Of a stretch of DNA of 64,000 bases, positions 1-10,144 are shown piece by piece (the stretch's first letter is position 1; every line of letters starts with the position of its first letter). Position numbers and translations under genes: made by a program. This DNA is from Candidatus Latescibacterota bacterium. Its GTDB lineage: Bacteria; Latescibacterota; UBA2968; UBA8231. The stretch spans positions 192,001 through 256,000 of the forward strand of contig OZ241889.1 in NCBI GenBank assembly GCA_965203355.1, written 5' to 3'. The notes below the pieces were generated by a model. That model did not search any database and was not told the DNA's origin. It was given only the letters and a program-made list of their open reading frames with translations.

Positions 1-238
1 TACCCGTCACCTTATGCACTTGGGCTGCGTCGGAAAGCCGTTCGTGGACATCGCGGGCGGCACCGGGCTGTTTGAAAACGCCAAAGCGCGTCCCAGAATT
101 GCCGTATCCCCAAGAAGGCGTTTCGATCTCCTGGGCTTTGAGCTTAGCTTTGACTTCTTCGACTTCAATACCTTGGCCTGAGAGCATTTCGGCTAAAGCT
201 GCGAATTGGTCTTCTATATTGTACCCTGAAATTCCCAT
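1..238 (-). CDS. L-rhamnose isomerase-like sugar isomerase (5' part; runs off window start)
   Basis: Manual translation from ATG at 238: MGISGYNIEDQFAALAEMLSGQGIEVEEVKAKLKAQEIETPSWGYGNSGTRFGVFKQPGAARDVHERLSDAAQVHKVTG. The ETPSWGYGNSGTRF motif is typical of RhaI-type isomerases. Purine-rich RBS (GGAGAGG) upstream. Not in ORF track. Confidence 0.8.
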   Translation of the reverse strand, partial: MGISGYNIEDQFAALAEMLSGQGIEVEEVKAKLKAQEIETPSWGYGNSGTRFGVFKQPGAARDVHERLSDAAQVHKVTG

Positions 239-281
239 TCTACCTCTCCCTTATGTCGGGCCTAGCGTATAGTGGTTACAC

Positions 282-851
282 TCAACCGCTGCGATCTGCT
301 ACCAAACTTAGGTATTCTGCAGAGGCACTGCGACGACGCCCCCGCGCCAAGGTCTCCATTTCCGCGTAAAAGGATTCTACGGTAGCGAGCGAGCCACAGG
401 CCTCCTCGTATAACTGCCGGTAGTTGGGTAGCGAAGCAGCGTATTGAGTACAGACCCCCAAGTGCAGATTGGTTTGCCTCGCCAAATCAACCAAGGCCCG
501 CGCCTGTATCTGCGTCTGCTCCGGCCCATCCGAATGCCAGACTAAGGGCTTTTCGCAGAGGACGTGACAACCCCGTTCAAGAGCGCATTTGACACAGTCG
601 AAATGGGCTTCGTTCGGCAAACAGACATCAACCACATCGGGTGCTTCTTCGCTCAGCAGTCGGTCCAAGTCCCAATAGCCTTGTCCCGAAAAGGGAAAAA
701 TATCGCGTAGAACTCGCTCTGTAGCAGCGGCACTTTCCCGACTGCGGCCTAAAAAGCCTACTACTTGTGCATTGGCGTGGTGGAACCACTTGGCGTGATG
801 CTTGCCAATACCGCTGGCACCGGCGATCGCGACACGCAAGGCCCTTTTCAT
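282..851 (-). pseudogene. Gfo/Idh/MocA oxidoreductase, C-terminally truncated (189 aa)
   Basis: Rossmann GASGIG and CEKP motifs present, but the ORF stops far short of the usual ~330 aa, lacking most of the C-terminal domain. Confidence 0.6.
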
Positions 852-860
852 TTTTTAAAT

Positions 861-892
861 AAAAAAGAGCCGACAGCCCATCTGTCGGCTCT
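861..892 (-). terminator. Rho-independent terminator
   Basis: Stem AGAGCCGACAG/CTGTCGGCTCT followed by a T-run on the minus strand, just after the 918-1034 ORF. Confidence 0.75.
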
Positions 893-917
893 CCTAAGGC
901 TAGTGGCAGCTTAGCTA

Positions 918-1034
918 TTACTTCTTCCGCGGTGCCAGTTTGGCCTCCTGAGCGCGTTGCTTCAAGCGCTTTTTGCGCCGCTGCCGTCGGCTCCTCAGTT
1001 CCTTATCTCTCATTCTGCCTTTACTCGAACCCAT
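918..1034 (-). CDS. Small highly basic protein, 38 aa (DUF6800-like)
   Basis: MGSSKGRMRDKELRSRRQRRKKRLKQRAQEAKLAPRKK; strong AGGAGG RBS upstream, tandem TAA-TAG stops, terminator downstream. Confidence 0.7.
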   Translation of the reverse strand: MGSSKGRMRDKELRSRRQRRKKRLKQRAQEAKLAPRKK

Positions 1035-1096
1035 CTGTGTATCCTCCTAAGCATAAGAAGCGGTTGCCGGCAATATATTCGGCGATACCACTGAGG

Positions 1097-2020
1097 TCAA
1101 GCGAGGATCATCCGCAAAAGAGCCATGCGCACGTACAGCCCGTTGTGGGCTTGGCGAAAATAGGCCGCCCGAGGGTCTGCGTCCACTTCCGGGTCAATCT
1201 CATCGACGCGCGGCAACGGGTGCATGACCACAGCGTGTTCCTGCATACAGTCCATTATCGAGCGATCGACAATGTACTTGCCTCGCGCCTGCTCGTATTC
1301 TCCTGTGTGGTCGCCAAAGCGCTCTTTTTGGATGCGCGTCTGATAGACGACATCGGCTTGCCTCGCCACTTCATGGAGGTCGTCCACCTCCTCAAAAGGG
1401 ACCCGGTGCCGCTGTAAATAATCCTTTATGTCGTCCTTCATCCTCACCGTCTCAGGCGCGACGAAGTACATCTTAACGCCCTCGTACTTGGCCAGCAGAT
1501 AACACAGCGAACGCACTGTCCGCCCATTGGCCAAATCCCCCACCAAAGTAATGGTAATTTTTTCGAGACGTCCGATTTCGCGCTGAATAGTAAAAAGGTC
1601 CAAGAGGGCTTGGGTTGGGTGCTGCCCGGCCCCGTCGCCGGCATTGATTACCGGAATGCCAGCGACAGCAGCCGCTCGGTTACTAGCACCACTTTCGTAG
1701 TGTCGCAACACGATCACGTCCGAGTACCCGGCAACGACGCGAATGGTGTCCTCGAGGGTCTCGCCCTTGGCAACCGAAGAAAATTCCTGTGCGCTCTCAG
1801 TTGTAATGACCGCCCCACCCAATCGCGTCATCGCCGACTCAAAAGACAGCCGTGTGCGCGTACTTGGCTCGTAGAACAGCGTCGCCATGACCCGGCGATT
1901 GAGGATATTGGATCCGTAGTGCTGAACTACTTGCTCCATCTCTTGAGCCGTAAAGAAAATGGACTCTATCAAGTCTAGGTCGAATTGCTGCGCTTCGAGG
2001 ACGTGATAAAGGCGATCCAT
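1097..2020 (-). CDS. pyrB: Aspartate carbamoyltransferase catalytic subunit
   Basis: FYEPSTRTRLSF, HPTQ, HPLPR motifs. Confidence 0.97.
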   Translation of the reverse strand: MDRLYHVLEAQQFDLDLIESIFFTAQEMEQVVQHYGSNILNRRVMATLFYEPSTRTRLSFESAMTRLGGAVITTESAQEFSSVAKGETLEDTIRVVAGYSDVIVLRHYESGASNRAAAVAGIPVINAGDGAGQHPTQALLDLFTIQREIGRLEKITITLVGDLANGRTVRSLCYLLAKYEGVKMYFVAPETVRMKDDIKDYLQRHRVPFEEVDDLHEVARQADVVYQTRIQKERFGDHTGEYEQARGKYIVDRSIMDCMQEHAVVMHPLPRVDEIDPEVDADPRAAYFRQAHNGLYVRMALLRMILA

Positions 2021-2030
2021 CAGATACTCC

Positions 2031-2468
2031 TCAACGGCCTTCTCGCTCCCCCAACACCGCCATAATCTCCGCCGCCGCCGCCACTTCCTCCCCTACTAGT
2101 GCTCGCCCCTGCAACTTACAGGACCCGCCCCGTTTCCTAAGTACTTTTAGTTCCAGTCGCAATTGATCGCCTGGCACAACCGGGCGGCGAAATTTGCAGC
2201 GGTCAATGCCGGCGAAAAACGGCACCTTGGATCTGGGATTTTCTACGCCGCTCAGCATCATTGCACAACCCGCTTGCGCCAGAGCCTCGACGATCAGCAC
2301 GCCGGGCATGACCGGATAACCGGGAAAATGCCCTTGGAAAAACGACTCGTTGATTGTCACGTTCTTCAAAGCCACGACGCGTTCCCCTGGTACCAATTCG
2401 AGAATGCGGTCAATGAGCAGCAGCGGATAGCGGTGCGGCAATAGGTCGAGAATCTCCGTTAAATTCAC
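2031..2468 (-). CDS. fabZ: 3-hydroxyacyl-ACP dehydratase
   Basis: LPHRYPLLLIDR, FFQGHFPGYPVMPGVLIVEALAQ motifs. Confidence 0.96.
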   Translation of the reverse strand: MNLTEILDLLPHRYPLLLIDRILELVPGERVVALKNVTINESFFQGHFPGYPVMPGVLIVEALAQAGCAMMLSGVENPRSKVPFFAGIDRCKFRRPVVPGDQLRLELKVLRKRGGSCKLQGRALVGEEVAAAAEIMAVLGEREGR

Positions 2469-3001
2469 TCCTGTTCCTCTTCTTTTTCCTTCTCCATCAG
2501 TTCCAGTAACTGCTCAGTTAGATCGTATTCTTCTTTGGCAAAAACCAGCCCACTCGAAGGCGCAGCGGCATCAAAAATAAAATCGTAGCCCTTTTCCTCG
2601 GCCATGCCCTGAATGGCATCGTTAATTTTTTTGAAAATCGGCTCGGAAAGCTCAATGTTCTTGCGCATCAGTTCGCCTTCGGGGCCGAACTTCTCTTGGG
2701 TAAATTGCTGGAGTTGCTGCATTTTGGTCTCGAACTCAGCTTGCAGTTCCGCCTTTTTCGCCTCGCTCAACAGCAACTCCTGCCGCCGAAAATCCTCTTG
2801 CAGTTTAAGCAGTTTGGCCTCGCGATCCTTAGCTTGGTTCTCGTAGTCCTGACGTAGCTGGTCCAACGTGCGCTGCGCATCCCGGAATTCAGGCAGGCGC
2901 TCTTTCAGCACTTCCGAATCAATGTAGCCTAATTTCAACTGAGCCAAGGCACCTGTGGCGCAACAAGCCACGACGAGGGCGGACAATAGGGCGCGTTTCA
3001 T
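2465..3001 (-). CDS. skp: Periplasmic chaperone Skp/OmpH
   Basis: Signal peptide, KLGYID N-terminal strand, long coiled coil, GYDFIFD..YDLT C-terminus; downstream of bamA. Confidence 0.9.
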   Translation of the reverse strand: MKRALLSALVVACCATGALAQLKLGYIDSEVLKERLPEFRDAQRTLDQLRQDYENQAKDREAKLLKLQEDFRRQELLLSEAKKAELQAEFETKMQQLQQFTQEKFGPEGELMRKNIELSEPIFKKINDAIQGMAEEKGYDFIFDAAAPSSGLVFAKEEYDLTEQLLELMEKEKEEEQE

Positions 3002-3102
3002 ACGTACTCCTCTTTATGGACGAGAATCAATGGGATTGAAGTTGCGTTCATCTTTTAATTCAACTGCGCTATTTTCGCTGCAGCGTTGGAGCAAGGATTA
3101 GG

Positions 3103-3384
3103 CTATTTGCTCTTGCGCCGCCTCAACGAGAGACCCCCAAAGCCGCTGATAACGGCAACGTAAAACCCAACATCGTACCACCAGCCCGTGTTGTGCGGTT
3201 CATAGAGGCGGATGTCCGAGTTAAACAAGCCCCATATGAGCGATATGGGAGCGACCCAACCGTGCCAGATTCCCCAGAAAAACCCGGCGGGATTTGCTCC
3301 AGTGTGTTTCCCATCGCCAGGGACACATCCGGTAAGCGAAACCAGAACGATCAAGACAAATATGCAGCTCAACTGTTTGGCCAT
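3103..3384 (-). CDS. Small membrane (lipo)protein, hypothetical
   Basis: Hydrophobic N-terminus with LTGC lipobox; GFFWGIWHG..PISLI..YEPHNTGWWYDVGF pattern. Confidence 0.75.
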   Translation of the reverse strand: MAKQLSCIFVLIVLVSLTGCVPGDGKHTGANPAGFFWGIWHGWVAPISLIWGLFNSDIRLYEPHNTGWWYDVGFYVAVISGFGGLSLRRRKSK

Positions 3385-3491
3385 GGAAAATCCTGCGTCG
3401 GTCCGTTTTTGTACAATCCGCTATTTCTTTCGCTCCAAGTAAATTATATAAGATACGACCTGGCAGAATTTTGTGAAACAGCGGACATAAT

Positions 3492-3524
3492 AAGGCCCAA
3501 GATGTCAGACGACATCTTGGGCTT
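3492..3524 (-). terminator. Stem-loop terminator after bamA
   Basis: GCCCAAGATGTC-AGAC-GACATCTTGGGC perfect 12-bp stem with a T-rich tail on the minus strand. Confidence 0.65.
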
Positions 3525-3549
3525 CGTCTTGTGCCCCTGAGATCAGAGC

Positions 3550-5943
3550 CTAGTAAAACTGCGGGCCGAACTGGAAGTGGGTCTTCCAGCCAGCCGGCGT
3601 ACCATCGATATCCTTGCGGTCAAAACCATAGCCGAAGTCGAAGCCGATCATCCCCAACATCGGCGTCTGGACGCGAAAGCCAAAGCCTAGCGAACGCTTG
3701 AGATCCAAAGGATTAAGGTCGGGAATCGTCGCCCAAGCGTTGCCTGCGTCTGCGAAGAGGATGCCGTACACTTGCTGCTCGGCTATCGGAAAGCGGTATT
3801 CTAGGTTCAACACCATCATCGAGCGACCGCCGAGGGGAATCCCGCTGGCTTTGTCTCTCGGCCCCAAAGAGTAATCTGGATAGCCCCGGACCTGTCCGTC
3901 CCAGTAATCAATGCCGCCTGGAGTAAACAGATCATAGTACGAAATGAGGCCATCGTCCTCGTCGGAAAAACCATCTATAACCGCGACTTTGGTCTCCAAA
4001 CTCCAGACGAACTTCCACCAACTCGGTCGGTAATAGTTGAAGTTCACTTCGTGGTTGTGGAAGTCCACATCGCCAGCCACGATCGAAGTCGCGACCGATG
4101 GAGTGTAGCTAAAAACCGTCCCCTTGGTCGGAAACTCGGCCCGGTCGCGCGTATCGCGCGTATAGATCAACTCAAAGCGGCTCGTAAGCCGATCTTGATA
4201 GCGGGGATCGTTTTCAGCCCCCGTAAAGCTATCGCTGAAGTCGGAATAGCCTTGGCTATAAAGGCGATAGCCAAGCGAAAGGCTGGAGTTGGCTGGCTTC
4301 TTCAACCGCCGACCCACCCGCAGATTGATCGACTTGCGCTGGGATTTCCAGAGAATCGAATCGTACCTGCCTGATCGGTAGTCATAGTAATGGAGGTTTT
4401 GCGTATAAGCGCGCGCCGACAAACTGGTCGGGGTGTCAAAGAGCCACGGCTCGGTAAAACCGACGAGGAACTGCTCGCGCCGGGTGCCGAACTCCCAGTT
4501 AAAGTCCAGGCTCTGGCCCATGCCACGGAAGTTGGGAATTTGCAAGCCGATTTGGCCCACCATCTTGTCGCGGTCCGAATACCCGGCCCCCATAGACGCT
4601 TGCCCAGTCTGCCGCTCATCGACATGAAACACCATATCCACCAGCCGCTCGCCCTCGCCAGTACTGTATTGGGGCTGAATTTGCACATCTTTGAAGAAGT
4701 TCAACAGCATGATGCGCCGCTGACTTTCTTGAACGAGATTTTGCTGATAAATATCGCCCGGACGCAATTCGATCTCGCGCCGGATCACCTTTTCCCGCGT
4801 CTTGGTATTGCCGGCGATCTCGACCTTGCGAATCGTCCACGGCTGCCCTTCAAACACCTGGAACGACACGTCAATCGAGTCGTTGCGAATCGTCTCCTGC
4901 GGCACTACGCGCGTGTCCAAGTAGCCCTTCTCGTAATAGACAAAGCGCGCCAAATCGGCGAGCTCTGGCCCCGAGCGCCCATATACCATCCCCGCCTGTA
5001 ACTCCAGCTTCTCCACCAACTCGTCGGAGCCAAACAACTCGTTGCCTTCCCAAGCGACCTCGCCCAACCGGTATTGTAGCCCCTCGTCGATTTCCACGTC
5101 GATGAACAAGTGCCGTCGAGTCGAGTCGTAATAGACGCTGTCGCGCACTATGGCTGCCTGTTGAAAACCCAAGCTGCGATAGTACGCCAGCAATTTCTGC
5201 TTATCTTCCTCGTACGTATCGCCGTTGAACTCGCCTTTGCGCCACCAGCGCTTCTCCTCGGTCGCCATCAACGACGCCAATCGGCGCGGCTCCGGACCTT
5301 GGCCATCCCATTTTTGCGGTCGCCGAGGACTGCGTGCTGGCAACTCTCGACTGTCAATCACTGTGCCGTCGGCGCGATGTTGGATCAAGCGGATCTGCTT
5401 GATCTGTACCTTGGCTCCCTCGTTGATGTCGTATTGGAGGAATACCTCACCCTCTTCCGCACCGGCAAAAGTCTGGCCTTTGACCTCGGCGCGCAGATAG
5501 CCCTTCTCGCGATAGAGATCGAGAATTTTTTGCTCGCCCCGCACCACGTCTTTCGGCGCAATAACCTGACCGGTGACCAAGCTCAGCGCTTCCTTGAGGT
5601 CTTTCTCCTTGACGTTTTTCTGTCCCTTGAACTGCAAACCCTCTAAGGCCGGATATTCTTCAACCATGATGATCAGGTTGATTCCTTCGGGAACGGGGTC
5701 GCCCCATATCTGAATATCCTCAAAGACGTTGAGTCCTTGTAGATCGCGCACTGCCTGCTGCACATTCTCTTGCGATAACTCAACTCCAGGTTCCAAGCCC
5801 ACCGTGGTCAGGATCAGCGACTTGGCCACCTTGCGCAGTTTGCCCTGCACCTCGATCGAGACAACCTTTTGAGCCTCGACTGCGCTACCCAGCAACCCCA
5901 CAGCGACGATAGCAAAAAGTATGGTGCGGAAATTCTGCTTCAT
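3550..5943 (-). CDS. bamA: Outer membrane protein assembly factor BamA
   Basis: POTRA repeats (GNTKTREKVIRRE), VRGY motif in barrel loop 6, aromatic C-terminus FQFGPQFY. Confidence 0.95.
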   Translation of the reverse strand: MKQNFRTILFAIVAVGLLGSAVEAQKVVSIEVQGKLRKVAKSLILTTVGLEPGVELSQENVQQAVRDLQGLNVFEDIQIWGDPVPEGINLIIMVEEYPALEGLQFKGQKNVKEKDLKEALSLVTGQVIAPKDVVRGEQKILDLYREKGYLRAEVKGQTFAGAEEGEVFLQYDINEGAKVQIKQIRLIQHRADGTVIDSRELPARSPRRPQKWDGQGPEPRRLASLMATEEKRWWRKGEFNGDTYEEDKQKLLAYYRSLGFQQAAIVRDSVYYDSTRRHLFIDVEIDEGLQYRLGEVAWEGNELFGSDELVEKLELQAGMVYGRSGPELADLARFVYYEKGYLDTRVVPQETIRNDSIDVSFQVFEGQPWTIRKVEIAGNTKTREKVIRREIELRPGDIYQQNLVQESQRRIMLLNFFKDVQIQPQYSTGEGERLVDMVFHVDERQTGQASMGAGYSDRDKMVGQIGLQIPNFRGMGQSLDFNWEFGTRREQFLVGFTEPWLFDTPTSLSARAYTQNLHYYDYRSGRYDSILWKSQRKSINLRVGRRLKKPANSSLSLGYRLYSQGYSDFSDSFTGAENDPRYQDRLTSRFELIYTRDTRDRAEFPTKGTVFSYTPSVATSIVAGDVDFHNHEVNFNYYRPSWWKFVWSLETKVAVIDGFSDEDDGLISYYDLFTPGGIDYWDGQVRGYPDYSLGPRDKASGIPLGGRSMMVLNLEYRFPIAEQQVYGILFADAGNAWATIPDLNPLDLKRSLGFGFRVQTPMLGMIGFDFGYGFDRKDIDGTPAGWKTHFQFGPQFY

Positions 5944-5944
5944 G

Positions 5945-8413
5945 TCAACTCGCGGTCTCGCGTTTTTTCTTCACCCCTTGGCTCGCCCCCCCTCGACGCT
6001 CCTCGTCAAAGACTAGTTCCTCACCCCTTTTGGTGACGCGGATGCGACTGCCTTCGCCAAAGCGACCTTGGAGAATCTCCTCGGCCAACGGATCTTCGAG
6101 CATCTTCTGGATGGACCGCTCCAAATAGCGCGCACCATACGCCTGGTCAAAACCCTTGTCAGCAAGCAAGGTTTTCGCTCCAGGCGTAACTCGCACTTGG
6201 ATATCCTGCAATGCTAAACGCTCTTTGAATTCACCTAAGCGAATATCTATTATCGCGGTGATGTGATCTTTGTCGAGCGCGTGGAAAGTGATGATGTCGT
6301 CAACGCGATTGAGGAATTCGGGATTGAAGGTCTTTTTCAAGGCGTCGTTGATTTTGCCCTCCATCAGCGCGTACATCGAGTCAGAATCGGACTTTTGGAA
6401 ACCCAACACACCACCCGTGCCCACATCCCGACTGCCCACGTTAGAGGTCATAATTAGCACGGTGTTGCGAAAATCTACTTTGCGGCCCGCGCTGTCGGTA
6501 AGCCGTCCCTCGTCGAGAATCTGCAACAGGATGTTGAAAACATCGGGATGGGCTTTCTCGACCTCGTCTAGCAGAACCACTGAATACGGACGCCGACGAA
6601 CCCGCTCGGTAAGCTGCCCCCCCTCGTCAAAACCAACGTAGCCCGGAGGCGCACCAATCAGGCCCGACACTGCGAACTTCTCCATGTACTCAGACATATC
6701 GACCGAAATCAACGCATCGGCATCGTCGAAGAGGAATTCGGCTAGCCGCTTAGCCAACTCGGTCTTGCCCACGCCCGTTGGGCCGAGAAAGATGAACGAG
6801 CCGATAGGCCGCTTGGGATCCTGGAGGCCCGCCCGGCTGCGGCGAATGGCCCGCGCAACCGCAGAGACCGCCTGTTGCTGACCGACGATGTTCTTTGTGA
6901 GTTCGTCTTCCATGGCCAGCAGGCGCTCGGTCTCGGTCTTAGCCAGCCGCGAGATCGGGATGCCGGTCATACTGGCGATGACCTCGGCGATGTCGTCTGT
7001 GGTCACTTCAACCACTTCGTCGCGGACCGCTTCCTCCCACGCTTGGCGTTTGTTTTGAAGCTGTTCATTCAGATGGAGCGCCTTGTCGCGCAGCACGGCA
7101 GCGTCCTCGAAGTCTTGGCGCTCGGACGCTTCGTTTTTTTGGCGATTGATTTCCTGTATCTCAGCCTCGATGCGGCCGACCTCTTCCGGCGGACTGAGCC
7201 GCGCCAGATGCACACGCGAGCCCGTCTCGTCAATCACATCAATGGCCTTGTCGGGCAAGTAGCGGTCGCTTATATAGCGATCAGACTGGCGCACCGCATA
7301 GGCAACAACATCGTCGGCAAACTCCACGTGATGGTGGCTCTCGTAGTTGGCGCGCAGTGCCTTGACGATCTCAATGGTGTCTTCGACCGAGGGTGGATCG
7401 ACCATGACGCTCTGAAAACGCCGCTCAAGGGCCCCATCCTTTTCAATGTGTTTGCGGTACTCGTCGAGCGTGGTCGCCCCGATGCACTGCAATTCGCCGC
7501 GGGACAAAGCGGGCTTGAACATATTAGAAGCATCCAATGTGCCCTCGGCACTACCGGCCCCGACAATGGTGTGTAACTCGTCGATGAAAATGACGACTTC
7601 GGAGTTTTGCTGCAGTTCGTTCATCACCGCCTTGATGCGCTCTTCAAACTGGCCCCGATATTTGGTGCCGGCGACCACCCCGCCCATGTCGAGAGTGACC
7701 AAGCGCTTGTCTAGCAGGATCTGCGGTACGCGTTTTTCAATGATGCGTTGGGCCAGCCCTTCGACAATAGCCGTCTTGCCGACGCCTGGGTCGCCGATGA
7801 GGATGGGATTGTTCTTCTTGCGGCGGCTGAGTACCTGCGTGACGCGCTCGATCTCCTTCTGGCGACCAATCACTGGGTCTAGCTTGCCCTCGCGGGCCAA
7901 CTGAGTCAGGTCGCGACCAAAGTGGTCGAGGAAGGGCGTCTTGCTCTTCTTGCCCTTTTCCTTGCGCCCGGTGGTCTTGCCTTCGAGCACGGCCAAGGTC
8001 TCTTCTAGGGCCGTTTTGTAATCAACCCCAAAGGCCGCCAAAATCTGCGCGGCAACCCCATCCTTGTCCTTGAGTAGAGCCAAGAGCAGATGTTCGACGT
8101 CAATGAACTGCGTCTTCATCTCCTTGGCCTCGTTAGCCGCTACTTCGAGGATCTGTTTAGCGCGGGGAGTATAGGGCACCTCGCCGATGGTCATGGTGCC
8201 GCCCGAAGTCGTCACGTAGTCTTCTACTGACTGCTTGACCGTCTCCAAGCTCAACCCCAGATTCGTCAGCACAGCCACGGCCTTGCCCTTGCCGTCCTTG
8301 ATAAGGCCCAACAGCAAATGCTCGGTGCCGATGTAGTTGTGACCTAAGCGCGCCGACTCTTCGCGCGCTAGCTTCATTACCTGTTTTACGTTTTCGGTGA
8401 ACATGTTGTCCAT
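5945..8413 (-). CDS. clpC: ATP-dependent Clp protease ATP-binding subunit ClpC
   Basis: Two Clp-N repeats, two Walker A motifs ([16 protein letters not shown]), UVR middle domain, LGF ClpP-binding loop. Confidence 0.96.
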   Translation of the reverse strand: MDNMFTENVKQVMKLAREESARLGHNYIGTEHLLLGLIKDGKGKAVAVLTNLGLSLETVKQSVEDYVTTSGGTMTIGEVPYTPRAKQILEVAANEAKEMKTQFIDVEHLLLALLKDKDGVAAQILAAFGVDYKTALEETLAVLEGKTTGRKEKGKKSKTPFLDHFGRDLTQLAREGKLDPVIGRQKEIERVTQVLSRRKKNNPILIGDPGVGKTAIVEGLAQRIIEKRVPQILLDKRLVTLDMGGVVAGTKYRGQFEERIKAVMNELQQNSEVVIFIDELHTIVGAGSAEGTLDASNMFKPALSRGELQCIGATTLDEYRKHIEKDGALERRFQSVMVDPPSVEDTIEIVKALRANYESHHHVEFADDVVAYAVRQSDRYISDRYLPDKAIDVIDETGSRVHLARLSPPEEVGRIEAEIQEINRQKNEASERQDFEDAAVLRDKALHLNEQLQNKRQAWEEAVRDEVVEVTTDDIAEVIASMTGIPISRLAKTETERLLAMEDELTKNIVGQQQAVSAVARAIRRSRAGLQDPKRPIGSFIFLGPTGVGKTELAKRLAEFLFDDADALISVDMSEYMEKFAVSGLIGAPPGYVGFDEGGQLTERVRRRPYSVVLLDEVEKAHPDVFNILLQILDEGRLTDSAGRKVDFRNTVLIMTSNVGSRDVGTGGVLGFQKSDSDSMYALMEGKINDALKKTFNPEFLNRVDDIITFHALDKDHITAIIDIRLGEFKERLALQDIQVRVTPGAKTLLADKGFDQAYGARYLERSIQKMLEDPLAEEILQGRFGEGSRIRVTKRGEELVFDEERRGGASQGVKKKRETAS

Positions 8414-8533
8414 CTAATTGTCCTCCACAATCTGCCTATGGCTATATAATAAGGAAGCTTGATTCTCGACAATTCGGAGAGCGCAAATTGAATATCGAGT
8501 CTGGCAAACTTTGCTGGATAAAACTCAATTTTG

Positions 8534-8562
8534 AACCTACCAAATGGGCCGATTATTGTCAA
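8534..8562 (-). promoter_or_regulatory. Putative sigma70 promoter for clpC-bamA
   Basis: Minus strand TTGACA-N17-TAGGTT in the mcsB-clpC gap. Confidence 0.5.
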
Positions 8563-8567
8563 TGTTG

Positions 8568-9632
8568 TCAAGATAATCCCCTCTGTTCGGCCCAGCGCCG
8601 TCTCACTAGTTCGGCGCGGCGCACATCGCGGGCTGCCGACGAGAGCTCCGCTCTAGCTTCGGCCTGCAAATGCGAGGGCTGAGTAACGATCATTAACTGA
8701 TTGATAAAGCCGAGGGGAAAGCCGTCGATGATCCCCAAACTACACCCTAAACGAACTGCCGACAACAAATTCATAAACTCCTGCCCACTCAACACCCGTG
8801 CGTGTTGCAAAATCCCATACGCCCGCCAAACCTTGTCCTCCACTTGGGCCGATGCGTCTGCCAACAGGGTGGCCTGCGCCTCTTTTTCATGGCCCATGAT
8901 CTGTTGGGTTATCTCCGAGAGTTTCTCGACGGTCTCTCCTTCGGTTACGCCCAAAGTGGCTTGGTTGGATATCTGAAACAGGTTGCCGACCGCATTGGTA
9001 CCTTCTCCGTAGAACCCGCGCACCGCAAAAGCCATGCGGGCCAACCCGCGCATCACTCGTTCCATATCCTCGGTCAGAACTAAGGCCGGCAGGTGGATGA
9101 GCACTGATATCCGCAAACCCGTCCCGGTGTTGGTCGGGCAGGCCGTCAAGAAGCCCCAGCGCTCCGATTGCGCCCAGTCCAACTCGCTCATGAGCGCATC
9201 GTCGAGCGCATCAACTCGCTGCCACGCCGCGTGCGTTTGCAAACCCGGGAGGATGGCCTGCAAGCGGAGGTGATCCTCCTCATTAATCATCGCGCTAAGC
9301 GACTCATCCGCATTGAAAAGCACACCGCGCTGGCCCTTGCTTTTGGCCAGAGCCGGACTAATCAGGTGGCGTTCCACCAGCAACTGACGCTGGTTGGCCT
9401 GTAGGGCGTTCATATGGAAAAAGGCCGCATCGCACATAGGGCGACACTTTTGGGCGGCACTCAGGACCTGTTCGATGATCTTTTCTTGATCTTCAAGTGT
9501 GGTTTTCGGCGCAAAAGCCCACCCGGCAAGATTGCGAGCCAAGCGGGCGCGACAACTAACGACCATGCCGTCGGCATCCCCTTCTCCGCTAAGCCAGCTA
9601 GCCGCATTGTAAACGAGATCCTCAATGTTCAC
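8568..9632 (-). CDS. mcsB: Protein-arginine kinase
   Basis: SCRARLARN, NEEDHLRLQ, LTACPTNTGTG motifs; upstream of clpC. Confidence 0.95.
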   Translation of the reverse strand: MNIEDLVYNAASWLSGEGDADGMVVSCRARLARNLAGWAFAPKTTLEDQEKIIEQVLSAAQKCRPMCDAAFFHMNALQANQRQLLVERHLISPALAKSKGQRGVLFNADESLSAMINEEDHLRLQAILPGLQTHAAWQRVDALDDALMSELDWAQSERWGFLTACPTNTGTGLRISVLIHLPALVLTEDMERVMRGLARMAFAVRGFYGEGTNAVGNLFQISNQATLGVTEGETVEKLSEITQQIMGHEKEAQATLLADASAQVEDKVWRAYGILQHARVLSGQEFMNLLSAVRLGCSLGIIDGFPLGFINQLMIVTQPSHLQAEARAELSSAARDVRRAELVRRRWAEQRGLS

Positions 9633-10144
9633 GGCTGTTTTCCTTCGAGGACGCGGATGCGGTCTCTGAGCTGAGCAGCCTCTTCAAATGCCTCTTCCGC
9701 TACCGCTTGGGACAGCGCTTCGCGCAATCGCTCCAACTCGTCGGCCGCGCCAGAACTTTGCGCCGCTTCCAGCCGCCCTTTGCCCCGATGCCGATCGTCG
9801 CCGTGGATGCGTTTGAGCAGGTGCTCTAGCTGTGAGGCGAAGGCATCGTAACAATGAGGACAACCGAGGCGACCTATCTTCTTAAACTCCTCGTAGCTCA
9901 TCGCGCAAGTCGCACAGCACACCTCCCCGTCGCCTTCGGCTCCGGCCACCTTGACCAACTCTATCTTGATTTCCTTCACCAGCACGGGTACCTCTTTGGC
10001 CTGTGTAGTCGGGACGCCCAGCATCTTGATGTTTTTTTCGTTAGCGCACTGATGGCAGAGCAAGAGCGTCTGTTTTACGTCGTCGACAATATGGTTATAG
10101 GACACTGCGGCCTCGCGCTTATTGCATACTCCGCACTTTTTCAT
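9629..10144 (-). CDS. mcsA: McsB activator with CxxC motifs and UVR domain
   Basis: Four CxxC motifs, GRLGCPHCYDAF, EEAAQLRDRI UVR motif. Confidence 0.93.
   Translation of the reverse strand: MKKCGVCNKREAAVSYNHIVDDVKQTLLLCHQCANEKNIKMLGVPTTQAKEVPVLVKEIKIELVKVAGAEGDGEVCCATCAMSYEEFKKIGRLGCPHCYDAFASQLEHLLKRIHGDDRHRGKGRLEAAQSSGAADELERLREALSQAVAEEAFEEAAQLRDRIRVLEGKQP

Noticed and set aside
8555-8572. TTGTCAA direct repeat before clpC as a CtsR box
   Set aside because: Period is 9 bp rather than the 10-bp heptad repeat, and it is better explained as a TTGACA -35 element.
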